Shown piece after piece: positions 12,913 through 27,050 of a stretch of 64,000 nucleotides of DNA. Within the stretch, counting starts at the first letter, position 1. Every line of letters starts with the position of its first letter. Origin of the DNA: Octopus bimaculoides (Eukaryota); NCBI RefSeq assembly GCF_001194135.2, contig NC_068994.1, positions 42,744,373 to 42,808,372 on the forward strand, read 5' to 3'. The notes under the pieces were generated by a model that searched no databases, had not been told where the DNA came from, and saw only the letters and a list, made by a program, of their open reading frames with translations. The translations under genes and the position numbers were made by a program.

Positions 12913-13833
12913 CATACACATGCTGCTCATATTTAGCATCGAGCATGCTAAGTATGCCTATTATTACTAAGTATGAATTTGCATACATGTCTCTTTCAAG
13001 TCATACTCCAAGCCGCACCATCTTAGAAATGAAGGAAACATTGAATAACATTGTTCCTGTGGTACAGTAGCTAGAAAAGATATGGGATTGTAATAACAGG
13101 AACTTCTCTGACTGTAGACATCTGCTCAACCATCTTTGACCTTGGGTTAAATAGCTATGGTTTAGTTATAAATTTGTATTAGAGTAATTTCTGAATGAGA
13201 GCTTTATAGCCAATAGATATATTTGGTTGATGAGTTGACAGATCAATATTGGCCAAATGAGTCCATAGCTACCAGGTGTGGTTGTATGGTTAAGAAGTTT
13301 TGGTTTCAATTCCACAATGCAGTATTCTGGCCAATACTGAGAAAGTAAAAGTTTGTAGACAGAAACTGTGTGGAAGCCATGTGTGTGTGTGTGTGTGTGT
13401 TTATTCTTTCACTTGTTTTAGCCATTTGACTGTGGCCGTAAAAGGTATAAAAACACCATATCTGCCCAGTGCTTCCTCCTGTTAGATTCTCAGATGCATG
13501 TTTCTGGCTCTTTAGCCTTTCTCAATGGGAAATACTTAAAGAGAGATAACCCTGGGAGGGTTCAAATCTGTACCTTTAACTATAAAGCAGTCACTGTCAG
13601 TGGCTGAGTTGCACTATTCGACCACCAGTTGTAATATATTTAATAGTTATTCCAATATTTGAATGAAGTTATTGAACTTTATAAATGGTATGCAAACAGT
13701 GGTGCCCTAGCATGGCCGCAGCTCTGAGCTGCAACTACAAAAAAAAAGAAAAAAAAAAGAAAAAGATATGAGCATCGGCTCCAAAACCGAAAAACAAGTT
13801 CTTTAGGAATGAAGCTATCTGAGATACACTGAA

Positions 13834-13903
<70 letters not shown>
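13834..13903. repeat. (CA)n microsatellite
   Basis: seen directly. Confidence 0.97.
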
Positions 13904-13908
<5 letters not shown>

Positions 13909-14576
13909 CTCGCTCTATCTATCTATCTATCTATCTATCTCTCCTATCATTCACAGTATCAGGAAAACAATGAAACAGTGATTGGCTCAATGGAAATCTG
14001 TACTCAAAGTTTCTATTGTTCATAAATTGCTATTCAAAATAAATAAATAGATAAATTGGTATGATAATGAGAAATTGCTTATTTTTCAATAGTGGGAGCA
14101 CAATAGAACCCATGATTGTTCTTATAGCTTTTCAATGGAATGATTCAAAGCCTTTATGATCTAATGAAGGAGAAATAGATACTATTCTAAGGATTCCACG
14201 AAATAAAAATTTCAAAAACAGTACCACAAACATCCCTATTAAAGTACAATGGCAATAATCAGTTAAAGCACCAGTTATTGACACACAAAAAAATGGTCCT
14301 TATCAGCGTTTCTTAGCCCCACATGTGGGATGGTATACAACAGAATTAATGTATCAGAATTTGGCAAGAATACCTTATAGTATTTGATCACGTTTCTTTG
14401 TGTTCTGAGTTCAAATCCTGACTAAGTCAACTTTGCTTTTGTCCTTCCCAGGACAATGAAATATGAGTCAATTTCTGAGGATTGATACAATTAAATAAAA
14501 CTTTCGAAGGTGGTATCACAGACCAGGGACTGAAAGCAGTTACAGAATAAACATATCAAGTAATATGCTTTGGTAC

Positions 14577-15010
14577 TTATTGTTGCTGTTTAGTCTCAGG
14601 TTAACTCTGATCAAGCAAACCTTTAATCAAAGACATTCTAACCATGAGCATCCTACCTTTCTTTTCTTTATAAATTTGATTTACTGCCTGCAATATCCAA
14701 AGTCACCCTTCACAATTAAAAAATAAACTTTAAGATATGATTTGAAGGAAATTCAGCTGCTATTTCTAGCCAGTTTGTAATGACAGACATTCCTTATACA
14801 CCTTATTTACTGCAGTTGTTTAACTCTAGGGCAGACCACATCAGACGATTCTATGATCAAAAGGCATTCTAGTTGCAGCCATCCTGACTCTTTGTATATC
14901 AGGGTCTGCATTATCTAATGTATTCTCAAACTTTTAAAGACAATGATTTGAGTTTGATTTGACTGCTATTTTGAGCATGTTTAATGACTGTGCAAAGATT
15001 CTCTTATTGG
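14577..15010 (+). repeat. two tandem degenerate copies of an unclassified dispersed repeat (family G)
   Basis: GTTGCTGTTTAGTCTCAGG...GATCAAAG(G/A)CATTC motif recurs at about 14810, 43490 and 56760. Confidence 0.6.
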
Positions 15011-16198
15011 ATCATACTTATTTCAATCATCTCCATCAATATGAGCTAAACCAAGAATCTTTAAATCCCAAACATTCTTTGCTTTTAATTTAATGATTTC
15101 AGTAGTTTGATTTTTATATATTTAATTGCATACAACCGTGGAAAGAGAAGAAATATTTGTAAGAACCGATATAATTTTCCAGATTCACAGATTTTTGTTA
15201 TGAGATCTGATTGATATAAGGAGAAGAAGGGTTAGACATTGAGAAAACGGCTATATAGATTGTTAAAATATTCTTATGTAAGTATAATAGCATCAGCAAA
15301 GTGAACCAAGCTATTAGAGGAAAAGATAGAGAAAATAAAGAGAATTTTAAACTCTCATACTTGAAAATGTAAAACATGAAAGAATGTTTGAAAATCCCAA
15401 AGCTCTAAATATTTATCATATTGATATTTAAATAATTGAATTAAATAACGAGAAAATCTATAAATCTATGTAGGAAATGTAATTTTTATGAGTGCTATTG
15501 TATAAAATCCTTTCGTATTGCAATATCTTTAGGGTAAATGAAGTTTAGGATAGAGTATTAGAAGTGGAGAGAGAGAGAGAGAGAGAAAGAGAGTGAGAGA
15601 GACAGAGAAAATTTAATGATAGAAATGGAGTTCAGAAGACATTAAATGCAGCTAAGTGTCTTCTGTCGTAATTAAATATTAACTTATAAGAGAATTTTAC
15701 TATTAGAGAGTCATTTCCAGAGAAAAATGTATCACTTTGCTGCTGTCTGTAAAGATTTAAAATATATAAAAGATTGGAGAAGATTGTCATAGTACTGATA
15801 TTGACCAATCAACGAAGATCTTATATAAGATTATTTAAAATGGGTAAAATATTATACATAATAACACTTCAACTTATTTGGTCAGCTCCTGCTTCAAATT
15901 CTGACATAAATGATTACCCAATAGAAAAATTCATTACTGAAACATGACATAAATCAGATGATGGATGACATTAGTTGATTGATTTTCAAAGTAATTATAA
16001 TGTGAGGTTTATGTTTATGTCTACACAAATACACAAGAATTCGTATGTACATATTAGGCACATATGTGCACAAATGAGACATACATATGTGCATACATAC
16101 ATACGTATGTACGTATGTGTATATTTGTTTTATGTATATATATGTATATGTGTCCATGTCTGTGTGTAAATATATAATATGTATATATGTACATGATA

Positions 16199-16233
<35 letters not shown>

Positions 16234-16241
16234 ATCGTCAT

Positions 16242-16402
16242 GGTTATGACGATGGGGGTTCTAGTTGGTCTGATCAACAGAACAGCCTGCTCATGAAATT
16301 AACGTGCAAGTGGCTGAGCACTCCACAGACACGTGTACCCTTAATGTAGTTCTGAGGGAGATTCAGCATGACACAGAGTGTGACAAGGCTGGCCCTTTGA
16401 AA
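16242..16402 (-). mobile_element. 3' part of SINE family D
   Basis: roughly 87% identical by eye to the reverse complement of 17095-17251. Confidence 0.9.
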
Positions 16403-16792
16403 AAATTGTAATTGACCTGTTTACCAAATGGAACGATTAACTATAAAGTACTCCTCAAGTTAAGATCATAATTTTGATGTTTATACCCATTTTTCAAAAG
16501 AGTAAGTATTTTCTGATTTTGATCCAATTTAGTGTTTATTTTACTTTTATTTTTATCTTCAAATCTTTAAGCCGATTTTATATTAAAAGAATTTGAGATT
16601 TTATTAGAGAATATGACATCTTCATTTCCATTAGCAGTAAGAGAATTTTTAACCTGGTTATCAACAATCTTGTAATTTTTTCTTTTGTTATAAATATAAT
16701 TGTTCATTTGTTTGTTCTCACTATCAAAATCACCTACTCATGTTATTTTATCAATTTGAATATTTGATTTTAAATCTCCATTACTATATTTG

Positions 16793-16836
<44 letters not shown>

Positions 16837-16907
16837 NNNNNNNNNNNNNNNNNNNNNNNNNNNNNNNNNNNNNNNNNNNNNNNNNNNNNNNNNNNNNNNN
16901 NNNNNNN

Positions 16908-17272
16908 NTAGGGCAGCGGACTCACGGTCATAGGATCATGGTTTCTATTCCCAGACCCGGCGTTGTGAGTGTTTACTGAGCGAAAACACCTAAAAGCTCC
17001 ACGAGGCTTTGGCAGGGGATGGTGGCAAACCCTGCTGTACTCTTTCACCACAACTTTCTCTCACTCTTACTTCTTGTTTCTGTTGTGCCTGTATTTCAAA
17101 GGGTCAACCTTGTCACACTGTGTCATGCTGAATATCCCCGAGAACTACGTTAAGGGTACACGTGTCTGTGGAGTGCTGAACCACTTGCACGTTAATTTCA
17201 CGAGCAGGCTGTTCTGTTGATCGGATCAACTGCAACCCTCGACGTCGTAAGCGGCGAAGTGCCAACAACAAC
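16908..17272 (+). mobile_element. tRNA-derived SINE family D
   Basis: tRNA-like head, conserved body AAGGGTACACGTGTCTGTGGAGTGCT, (CAA)n tail. Confidence 0.8.
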
Positions 17273-18077
17273 ACGCACAGCCACACCTATACCTATAGCC
17301 ATAACTGTGCTTATAAATTTGTAAAATTAACAAATCGTTATTTTTCTCAGCATGGCTGTAACCCCCAAAAGTTCTTAAATACTTGCTGTGATGGAAGACA
17401 AATTCCCTCTGTCTGATTCAAATGAATTGTGAAAAGTATTTGAAGACTATTCATTATTAAATTTTGATATATGAAAATTAATACAAATAATAATATAATA
17501 AATGATAAACTTATCAGATGTCATCTTTTCAATTATGCAGCACATATACTCAATACATAATCAATACATAATCAACAACACCATTACAGCAGTAACGAAA
17601 ATATTTACATGCACAATGAGATTGTCCTGATAAACATATGAAATTACAGCCGCAAAACCATTATTATGAACATCACACTTAATATCCTTCAATATAATAC
17701 AACAAAGAAGTTGCACAAATCAAACATTAATTAACAATGCATTGTTGTTGTTGTTATCATTGTGGTTGATTTTTCTTGTTTTTTTTTGTTATTGTTATTG
17801 TTTTTTTTTTGTTCTTTTGTTTTTTTGTTTTTGACGCTCGACAGACTGAAGAATAAAACTGTTCACACATTTAATGAAAAAATAAATACTGTTTTCATCC
17901 AGAAAACAAATCAAATAATGCAAACACATATTCAGTCTTTTATGAAAAATCAGGTGATTTCCTATCATAAAATTGATGAAAATTTTTCAAAAGAAGATAT
18001 GTACACAAAATGTACAGTACATTAACCCTAATGACAAAATTAAAATAACATTGGATATTATAAAAATAAAAAAATAA

Positions 18078-18108
<31 letters not shown>

Positions 18109-18629
18109 TTAAAACTAGTTCATATCCTGTTTTACTATACTATACCTCAATAAAAGCAATTATCATTATCATCATCATAATCATTGTTCTGATCGTTATT
18201 GATAAGATCATCACTGTAATCATCTCCATTATCATCATAATCATTTTAACATCTACTTTTCCATGCTTGTATGAGTCAGTTGATATTTTCTGGGGCAGAT
18301 TTTCTGCAACCAGATGTGATGTGCTTCCAGTTGCCTTACATTACCTGTTTCAAAGCAAGGTAATATTCTCTCCAAGTTTACACATGTTCTCATGGAATAT
18401 TGCAAATAAACAAGACACTTGCATGATGGAAAAAATTTGTTTGCACTTAGTTTGCAACGTCAAGACATGGAGACAGAAACAGGCATACATATGTTTAAAC
18501 TCACACACATACACATGCACGTGCATGCACACACACATGTACACATATTGTTGATGTCATAAGAATTTGACTTTTCTATCCAGAGGTTTTTTAACCCAAT
18601 ATTTACATACACATACACATATATATGTG

Positions 18630-18669
<40 letters not shown>

Positions 18670-18744
18670 ATAATAATAATAATCAAATATAACAACAAAA
18701 GAATGAGACCTTGATATTAGATAAACAGAGGATTATTTAGATGT

Positions 18745-18953
18745 TATAAATCAGAACAAACAGTAAAGGGTTGTCATTATAGTACTCGGAGTTTTGAATG
18801 CCGGAGTGAAGAGCTACAATACATTCTCATTGGCTATTAATGAGTATGATGATGAGGATAATAGCCGATGAGAATGTATCATAGGTCTTCACCACAGTAT
18901 TCGAAACTCCGAGTACTCTAATGACAACCCTTTATTGTTTGTTCTAATTTATA
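18745..18953. repeat. inverted repeat of a hammerhead-containing unit (94-bp arms, 21-nt spacer)
   Basis: arms 18745-18838 and 18860-18953, 82/94 identical and ungapped (counted by hand). Confidence 0.95.
18861..18919 (+). ncRNA. type I hammerhead-ribozyme-like motif, U4>C core
   Basis: ATAG-CCGATGA-GAATGT...GTATTC-GAAA-CTCCGAGT-A-CTCT; GUA cleavage triplet. Confidence 0.65.
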
Positions 18954-18985
18954 GCACATATATGTGTGTGTGTGTGTCTGTGTGG

Positions 18986-19036
<51 letters not shown>

Positions 19037-20726
19037 CATACACAAATATGTACATATACACACACACACATATATATATGCATGTATACATGTGTGTGTG
19101 TGTTTGTAGTGAGAGAGAGAGAGAGATGTATGATAGGTGTCTTTCAGTTTTCTGCAAACCAAATCCATGCACAAGGCTTTGATTGACTCAAAACTGCTGT
19201 GAGGTAAAGTTTCACCCTCAAGACACATGGTTGCAAAGTAAATGCCTTCACCACACAACCGTGTCTACACCAATACTCATATCAAATCATTTACTTTCCA
19301 TAGGAAAAATATTAGATGATATCACAACAAAACCAAAAACCAAAAAAAAAACACACAAGCAGCAAACAAGAAACAAAACCCAGAAACCTTTAAAAAAATC
19401 ACCATTGGCTACATACCCTCGTATTCATAAAATATAACCAGAGGCTCATATAATATCATCTGCTTTAGCAGAAGTTTCCGATATGATAATAAAAAAAGAT
19501 AATAAAAACCAATAATATAAGAGGAAGAAATAGAAATTCAAACAAGTGAAGCTGTAAGATTAAGCAGTTTGCTTTTTCATTCCTGAAGTTCTAAGTTTGA
19601 TCCCACGGTATCACAATTCAGGAATGTGTTTTTAACTGTGACCATAGTCAGACGCAAAAGTTTTAAGTGAGAATAGATGAATACTATACAGAAACCCATC
19701 ATATATATGCCTGTCAGTTTGGGTTTATTTTTATCTATATATATATGCATGTTTGTATATACCTATACCTCTATATTTTCATCTATGTCCTTCTACTTAC
19801 CCACCTATTTATCTGTATGTCTGTCAATCTAACTATCTATCTATCAATCTATCTATCTCTCTACATATCTATCTGTCTATCTATATGCAAGCATACATAT
19901 ATACATGAATCCATCCATCCAATCATCCATCCATACATACGTACATACATACATACATACACACACATTGATACATTGAAAAGGAGAGAGAAAGAAAACA
20001 ATAGACAGAGACAGGAGACAGACAGACTAACAGAGATCATTCAGTTCAAACATATCTTCTATATAAAGAAGTCAAAATCCTGTCAGTTTGTTATTCAAAT
20101 TCTTCCCAAATATATTTAGCTGTAAACAATGCATCAGCTCACAACATCTAGATACCATAAACAAGAAATGAAGACTTGCATTAATAATATATTTTCCATT
20201 TCACACACGACAAAAAAAAAAAAAAGAGAAAAACAAAAGGAAAAAAATTAAATTAACGAGGGTGATATAGTGTGACAAAATTAACATCACATTTATTAAT
20301 TTCCAGTACCATATTTGAGATAAAACTAATACTATAATTTGCAGATAACTAGCAATTAAAAGTTTGCTTAATGGAAGTAACTTCAATGAAACAAAACTAG
20401 ATCATATTCTTTTGGTTTTCCTTTAACAAATGAAAAAAAATTGAAATTATAGATTTAATCATTAAAACAGACGCCACTGTTATTTAATTGCATGTGTGAT
20501 TGCTATGTTGAAACATAGCTTCCATGCCTTCTGTTATTCATACTCTCTCCCTAGGTTCTGAGGGATAATATTTAAATTATCACGTTTAATGTAAAGTTCA
20601 AATGGAGTAAATATACTTTATTTTTGTATCTGGTTAGTAAGATTCTTTATGTGGATTTGTGTGTTGAATCAAATTTTGTTGTGTCTAGCGAGACATCATG
20701 CCAACATAATTAACACACACACTAGC

Positions 20727-21126
20727 TGCAGGAGTGACTGTGTGGTAAGTAGCTTGCTTACCAACCACATGGTTCCGGGTTCAGTTCCACTGCATGGCAA
20801 CTTGGGCAAGTGTCTTCTAATATAGCCTCGGGCTGATGAAAGCCTTGTGAGTGGATTTGGTAGACGGAAACTGAAACAAGCCTGTCGTATATATGTATAT
20901 GTATATGTATATATATGTGTGTGTGTTTGTGCATCTGTGTTTGTCCCCCCAGCATTGCTTAACAACCGATGCTGGTGTGTTTACATCCCTGTAACTTCGG
21001 CAAAAGAAACAGATAGAATAATTACTAGGCTTACAAAGAATAAGTCCTAGGGTCGATTTGCTTGACTAAAAGCGGTGCTCCAGCATGGCCGCGGTTAAAT
21101 GACTGAAACAAATAAAAGAGTAAGAG
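20727..21126 (+). mobile_element. family A SINE, full length
   Basis: head, microsatellite and tail as at 1143. Confidence 0.92.
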
Positions 21127-22667
21127 ACTAGTTCAATACCACTTGTTTATTAAATATCCAATTTTTTAACAATTTTTTGTCAAAGCTCTTTTGCTGTTTT
21201 TTGCAACCTTCTCAGTGACTGAGAGTATTAATTATATTAGAAGGATGACTCTTGCTAGATACAACAAAAAGAGTAAATATATTTTGTACCAGTAAGATTT
21301 TGCTAAGTATACAGTTTTGCAAATATGACCTGATATTGAATTTGAAACTGTTTCTGAGACAGTTTTGCAGTCACTTGCAAAATTATATTTATTAACTGCC
21401 TTGCTGAGAAAACTAACAACAGATTTTCTGTGTAACTGAAACACAGAAAACAAGTGGTCCAGTGTCAAATTTATTGCAGATGAGAGTTGAACCATTATTT
21501 ACAGTGATACATAGTAGGCACCTGTGACAGTGGCACATAGGAGGTACTCATGCTGGTGACTCATACTTGTCTATAGATTCACAAGAAAGATGAGTGCAAG
21601 CTGCTTGAGAAAGGATGCACAGATATAGAGCATGGATCAGAGAGGAAGAGTGAGAAGATTTAATAAAAAGAGGAAAAAGACAACACCAATGGAGACGTGA
21701 GAAAATGAATGTAGATGAAATATACTTAAATAAAGATATACTAAGAATGTTATAAAAATACAAATCATCCTTTCTTTCTTAAATAGGTCCTCTTAGATTT
21801 TTTTTTTTTTTTCATTCTGTGGAGTTTACACAGGTCTTACTAGTATTACTATAATATAAATAGTCACATTCATTTGCAATCTTCAAAAAACATGTCTGAC
21901 CATTCTGATATTTGTGTTTAAAAGACCAGAGGAAATGTCACCCAATTGAGAAATAAGTGAAGTACACAAACGAAAAAAAACCTTGGGTCATAGAAAATTT
22001 GTCTGGGTCAATTTCATTTGACCAACATATTCATGAAATAGTAGACATTGAGAATAATGTTGTAACGTTAACAGTCATGAAATACTCACTAAATGTTATA
22101 TATTTTCTTTGAATCAAAGCAATTTTTCCTATGGTTCTCTGTTTTGCCATGTCTTATTTTGAGCATCTGTGGTTCAGGAAGTTTTTGCTCAACACAAATG
22201 CTTAGTTCAACTTGACATACCTAGATAGAATTCTGCTTTGAGGCTTCTGGCTGATAAAAGCTAGAGATAACAACATATTAGCTCTCGCCATTCAGCAGGT
22301 TTTAACTTTCTTGTCATGTCACCAGCATTACAGGACCTTGAGGAATTTCTCTTCCATTCTAAAAGGCTTAAAATGGCCATTTAGTTTATTGAAATCTCGT
22401 ATGGAACTTTACTTATGCTAAGTCAGCTGTTGCTTATTGAATCCAACTCACTTTTATCACAATTGAATAGCCTACACCCACCACTGAGTTAAATTAACAA
22501 TACATATGATAGAAGAAATTTTATGACATTATCTTTCTGAAAATATTCCCAAACTATACATTTGGAAACAAAGACTGACATTTTGTGACATAGGTTTTGT
22601 TACAGTTACAAGTCATAGGCAGTATGTCAAAAAAAATAAAGGATCTTTGATCCTTCCTGGACCATAG

Positions 22668-22888
22668 GTTCAAAAGGCTGGTTTCCTAGATTTTGTCGCG
22701 TATATATTTCCACTCCTAGATAGGACATTGGTCTGTCAAAGGGGTACTCAATTTTGCCAGCTGAGTAGATGGGAGCAACAATGTGAAATTAAGTGTTTTG
22801 ACTAAGAACAAAATAACATTCAGTCCAGGAATCAAAACCACTCCACAATCTTATGATCAGGAGTGTAATACCCTAACCACTAAGCTAC
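22668..22888 (-). mobile_element. degenerate tRNA-derived SINE (family E-like)
   Basis: reverse complement starts TGTAGCTTAGTGGTTAGGG (A box); related to 56316-56642. Confidence 0.6.
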
Positions 22889-22983
22889 ACATTTACAGTA
22901 TGTATAATGCACGTATGTGTGTATGTATCTATGTATGTATGTGTATGTATGTATGCGTATATATATGCGTATTTATATATATG

Positions 22984-23020
<37 letters not shown>

Positions 23021-23137
23021 TTGTGTATATACATACATGCATATATAAAAAACATACATTAGATGTATTTCTCTATGCATCTATATATATAGTNNNNNNN
23101 NNNTATATATATATATATAAATACATACATACATACA

Positions 23138-23169
<32 letters not shown>

Positions 23170-23405
23170 CATAGAGAGAAAGATGAGGGTAGAAAGATAG
23201 AAAAATATATACATATCTATACATGTGAATATGAGAGAAAGAAACTGGCAGAAACACAGAGAGAAATAATTTGTATTGCAAAAATCTAGAAATTCCATTC
23301 CGAAGGTATTTTTAAATGTTTATTTTTATCCTATAAATTAAAATATGAACACTGACTTATTTTTTTTTTTGCAGTAATTTTCTATAAATTGTATATATAT
23401 ATTAC

Positions 23406-23529
23406 AGTTTTTGTTGCATTTTGTATGCTCGTTATTGGGCATAAAAAATCTTTATCTGCTTTTGTGCAGATATCTGAAATATTTGGATTATCACAGATTA
23501 ATTCTTTATCATCAAAATGTCCCAGGAGA
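23406..23529 (-). CDS. candidate exon LLGHFDDKELICDNPNISDICTKADKDFLCPITSIQNATKT
   Basis: pyrimidine-rich acceptor, weak gtaata donor, open frame; a competing plus-strand frame exists at about 23470-23551. Confidence 0.22.
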
Positions 23530-23767
23530 CTTCATGAAAGGAAAACAATAAGTAATATATCTTAGACAAGATTCAGATGAAAGAGTATTATTGATAAATA
23601 ATTCATGAAATATATATATAAATCTACTTATAATTTACTCATCATCACCATGTGTGTGTGTGTGCATATATACATTATATACATACATACATACTGTATA
23701 GCTGATAAACTCGCTTGCCACAAGCAAGGGTATTTTAATAATACCATCCCTTCTTATATTTATTTAC

Positions 23768-23841
<74 letters not shown>

Positions 23842-23902
23842 ATGTGTATATATAAGCATATGTATCATCATCATCATCATCATCATCATGATGGTGATAT
23901 TC

Positions 23903-24125
23903 TGTTTTCTTTTACTTGTTTCAGTCATTTGACTGCAGCCATTCTGAGGCACTACCTGGAAGCGGTTTAGCAGAACGAATCGACCCTGAGAATTTATTAT
24001 TTTCTTTGTTTTAAGCCTAGTTCTTATTTGATCAACCTCTTTGACTGAACTGCTAAGTTACAGGGATGTAAACATACCAACACCGGTCGTCAAGTGATGA
24101 TGGGGGACAAGCACAGACACGAAGA
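23903..24125 (-). mobile_element. family A SINE tail
   Basis: reverse complement of 1430-1607. Confidence 0.85.
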
Positions 24126-24200
24126 CACATACACATAGATGTATATACATATACAAGAACAGGATGTGCATCTTCATGATTTTATTATCCTTGTTGTATA

Positions 24201-24280
24201 AACCTGATGAAAACGGTTTTTTTTAATGGTGTAATGTCTCAATTAATCAATTGAAAATTCGTTGGAAACAGCTGTAGTGA
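24201..24280 (+). ncRNA. degenerate type I hammerhead-like motif with long stem II
   Basis: CTGATGA 24204-24210, ~10-bp imperfect stem II, GAAA-CAGCTGT-A (palindromic ACAGCTGT); stem I only 2 bp. Confidence 0.45.
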
Positions 24281-24409
24281 ATTGACACATTATCCATCTG
24301 TTGTTATTTATTCATTTATCTCTCTCTCTCTCTTTCTCTCTCTCTCTGTCTGTCTCTCTCTCTCCCGATATATATAGATATTGATACATATACAGAAAAA
24401 TATGCTTAA

Positions 24410-24760
24410 GAACACCGTGGCACGTAAAAAGTACCCTTTGAACATTGGGCCTCACGGAGGCAGTGACAAGTGACTGAGACTTTTGGTAATATACCAAGCT
24501 TGAGAAGACCTATCAAGCCAAAGGAGATTGCAGTATTGGCCGATGCTGGTGTTTCATAACTGGCACCCATGCCAGTGGCAAGCAAAAAGCACCCACTACA
24601 CTCTTAGAGGAGTTGGCCTTATGAAGGGCATCCAGCTGTAGAAACCATGCCAAATCAGACTGGAATCTGGTGCAATTCCCCAGCATACCAGTTTACAGTC
24701 AAACTATCCAACCCATGCTAGCATGGAAAGCAGACGTTAAACGATGTTGATGATGATGAT
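24410..24760 (+). mobile_element. family B repeat
   Basis: repeated CACGTAAAAAGCACC modules and RTE-type tail. Confidence 0.85.
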
Positions 24761-25792
24761 ACATAATTACATGCATACAAATGTGTATGTATACGTGTGT
24801 GTATGTGTATGTGTCTGTGTGTGTATGAAACACAGAAAGCAGTCAAATCTTTAGTTCATCGAAACATATGAATCCTAAACTATGTTAAGTGTTAACTTTC
24901 ATTTTGTGTATACAAACTGTGACATTTTTATACATACACACATATTTATAAACAATTTCATTCTCTTATGGCTGGACAAATGACATATGTATGCTTGTAT
25001 ACATCCTCATACTCCAATGTACATACATAGACATATATATATGTATGGATATACACACACACACACACATACACACTCACACACATAATTGATTCTCATG
25101 TTTAAAATGTTTGCAACCATTTATATAACTCAACTGACTGACACAGTTCAAATCTGTTCAGACATGATAAATTACAGAGAAAATTGCTAATGGTTACTCG
25201 TGTCAAACATGTAATCATTATAGAAATGCTTTCATAAGGTTCTATAAAAGTTTTCCGCATGTGAGCACATGGTATTTGTATGGTGCCAATCAATGTGACA
25301 AGCAACCATTGCTAAGTAGTGGTATTTGATGCTAACTGGAAACCTAAAGACTACATTGGTTACATGACTTCAGGTCAATGGAAAGAAACGAGAGGTGGTC
25401 AGAAGAAATTGAGAAGTTGCATGGCCACTTTGTATATTAGATTATAATTTAGAAATGAAAATTTAAGGATGGTAGACTGGTGCAGTTATGGCACTATGTA
25501 CAGAGGTGTAGCCAGGTTCTAAACTTAGGGGGAGTGAGCACATATAAAAAAATGGTGCCACAATACATACCAAGCAATTTTTAATTCATTTCTCATATAT
25601 TACACAAAATATTTCATTAGTTATAATATATGTAATCATACTCTATATTCATTAATTTCACGTTTCACTAACAATGTCCTTATGTATGAAACTTACAACT
25701 ACTGATATAGGTGTGACATGAAAAAGATGAAACTCCACAGAATCATCCAGTGTCAAGAGGTTATGACATCAGGGTTTGCTTCAGTTCTTTAG

Positions 25793-25850
25793 ATGTCACC
25801 AACAGCCACCAATACATCACAGGTGATTGAGCAGACAGTTCAAAAACATG
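25793..25850 (+). CDS. candidate exon MSPTATNTSQVIEQTVQKH(G)
   Basis: ttcagttctttag acceptor, G/gtaggt donor, open frame; no homology recognised. Confidence 0.2.
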
Positions 25851-26605
25851 GTAGGTTGATCAGATAAATTAATGAGTCCAGAAAGTTCTTCCAAGGTCAT
25901 GAAATTAACAAAAACAAAATCTGATTCGACTTTTATTGCACAAGTGAACTAAAGAGTTTAAAAATTTGTTGGAAATGTGCCAAGTTTGAGAAATGTGCTC
26001 AGTAGGAGTAGTTGCTCCTTCTGGTCTTCTATTAGCTATGCCACTGACAGTTTATGCAATTCAGTTTGCCACTGCATGGAACTTCATGTAAATGTCTTAT
26101 GAGCTTTGTTGAGGTGCATTTTCTACAGCCAGATACTGTTGCTATTTCCAACTTTCCTTCCAAATAAGTTAATATATTTCCCCATGACCAGAAAACGTTT
26201 TCACAGACTATTGAAAACAAAGGGACACTACTTGTATGAGAGTGACACCTGATGTTATCATGTGTCAAGACAAAGAGACAGTAACACACATGCATGCATA
26301 CACACACACACACACACACACACATATGGCAGACCTCTCTCAGATTCTGTCTATGAAATATACTCACAAGACTATGATCAACCCAAAACTATAGTAGAAG
26401 ACATTTGCCCAATGTACTATGCGGCAGCATTGAAGCTGAAACCATATGGTTGGGAAACAAACTTCTTAACACATAACTACACCTCTGCCTACCATGACTG
26501 CTAGAGGATTTTCATCTACAGCTGATGTATTTCTGTGTTTTTTAACACTATGACTTCAAGAAATACTTTCAAGAGACAAATACCACATTTTAACAGGCTC
26601 TCAAC

Positions 26606-27050
26606 AATATATATTCTTTTATTCTTTTATTTGTTTCCGTCATTTTGACTGTGGCCATGCCTGGAAGAAGGTTTATAGCATTGATCTTTCCTGTTATCCT
26701 TTAGTCGAACAAATCAGCCCCAGGACTTATGCTTTGTAAGCCTAGCACTTATTCTATAGGTCGCATTACTGAACTGCTAAGCTATGGGGACGTAAACACA
26801 CCAACATCGGTTGTCAATCGATGGTAGGGGGACAAACAGACACACAAACATATGCATGCACACACACACACACACACACATACATATACGACGGTCTTCT
26901 TTCAGTTTCCATCTACCAAATCCACTCACAAGGGTTTGGTCAGCTCGAGGCTATAGTAGAAGACACTTGCCCAATGTGCCATGCAGTGGGACTGAACCCA
27001 GAACCATGTGGTTGATAAGCAAGCTACTTACCACACAGCCACTCCTGCAC
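26606..27050 (-). mobile_element. family A SINE, full length, with a foreign 47-nt patch
   Basis: reverse complement of family A; patch at 26658-26704. Confidence 0.9.
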
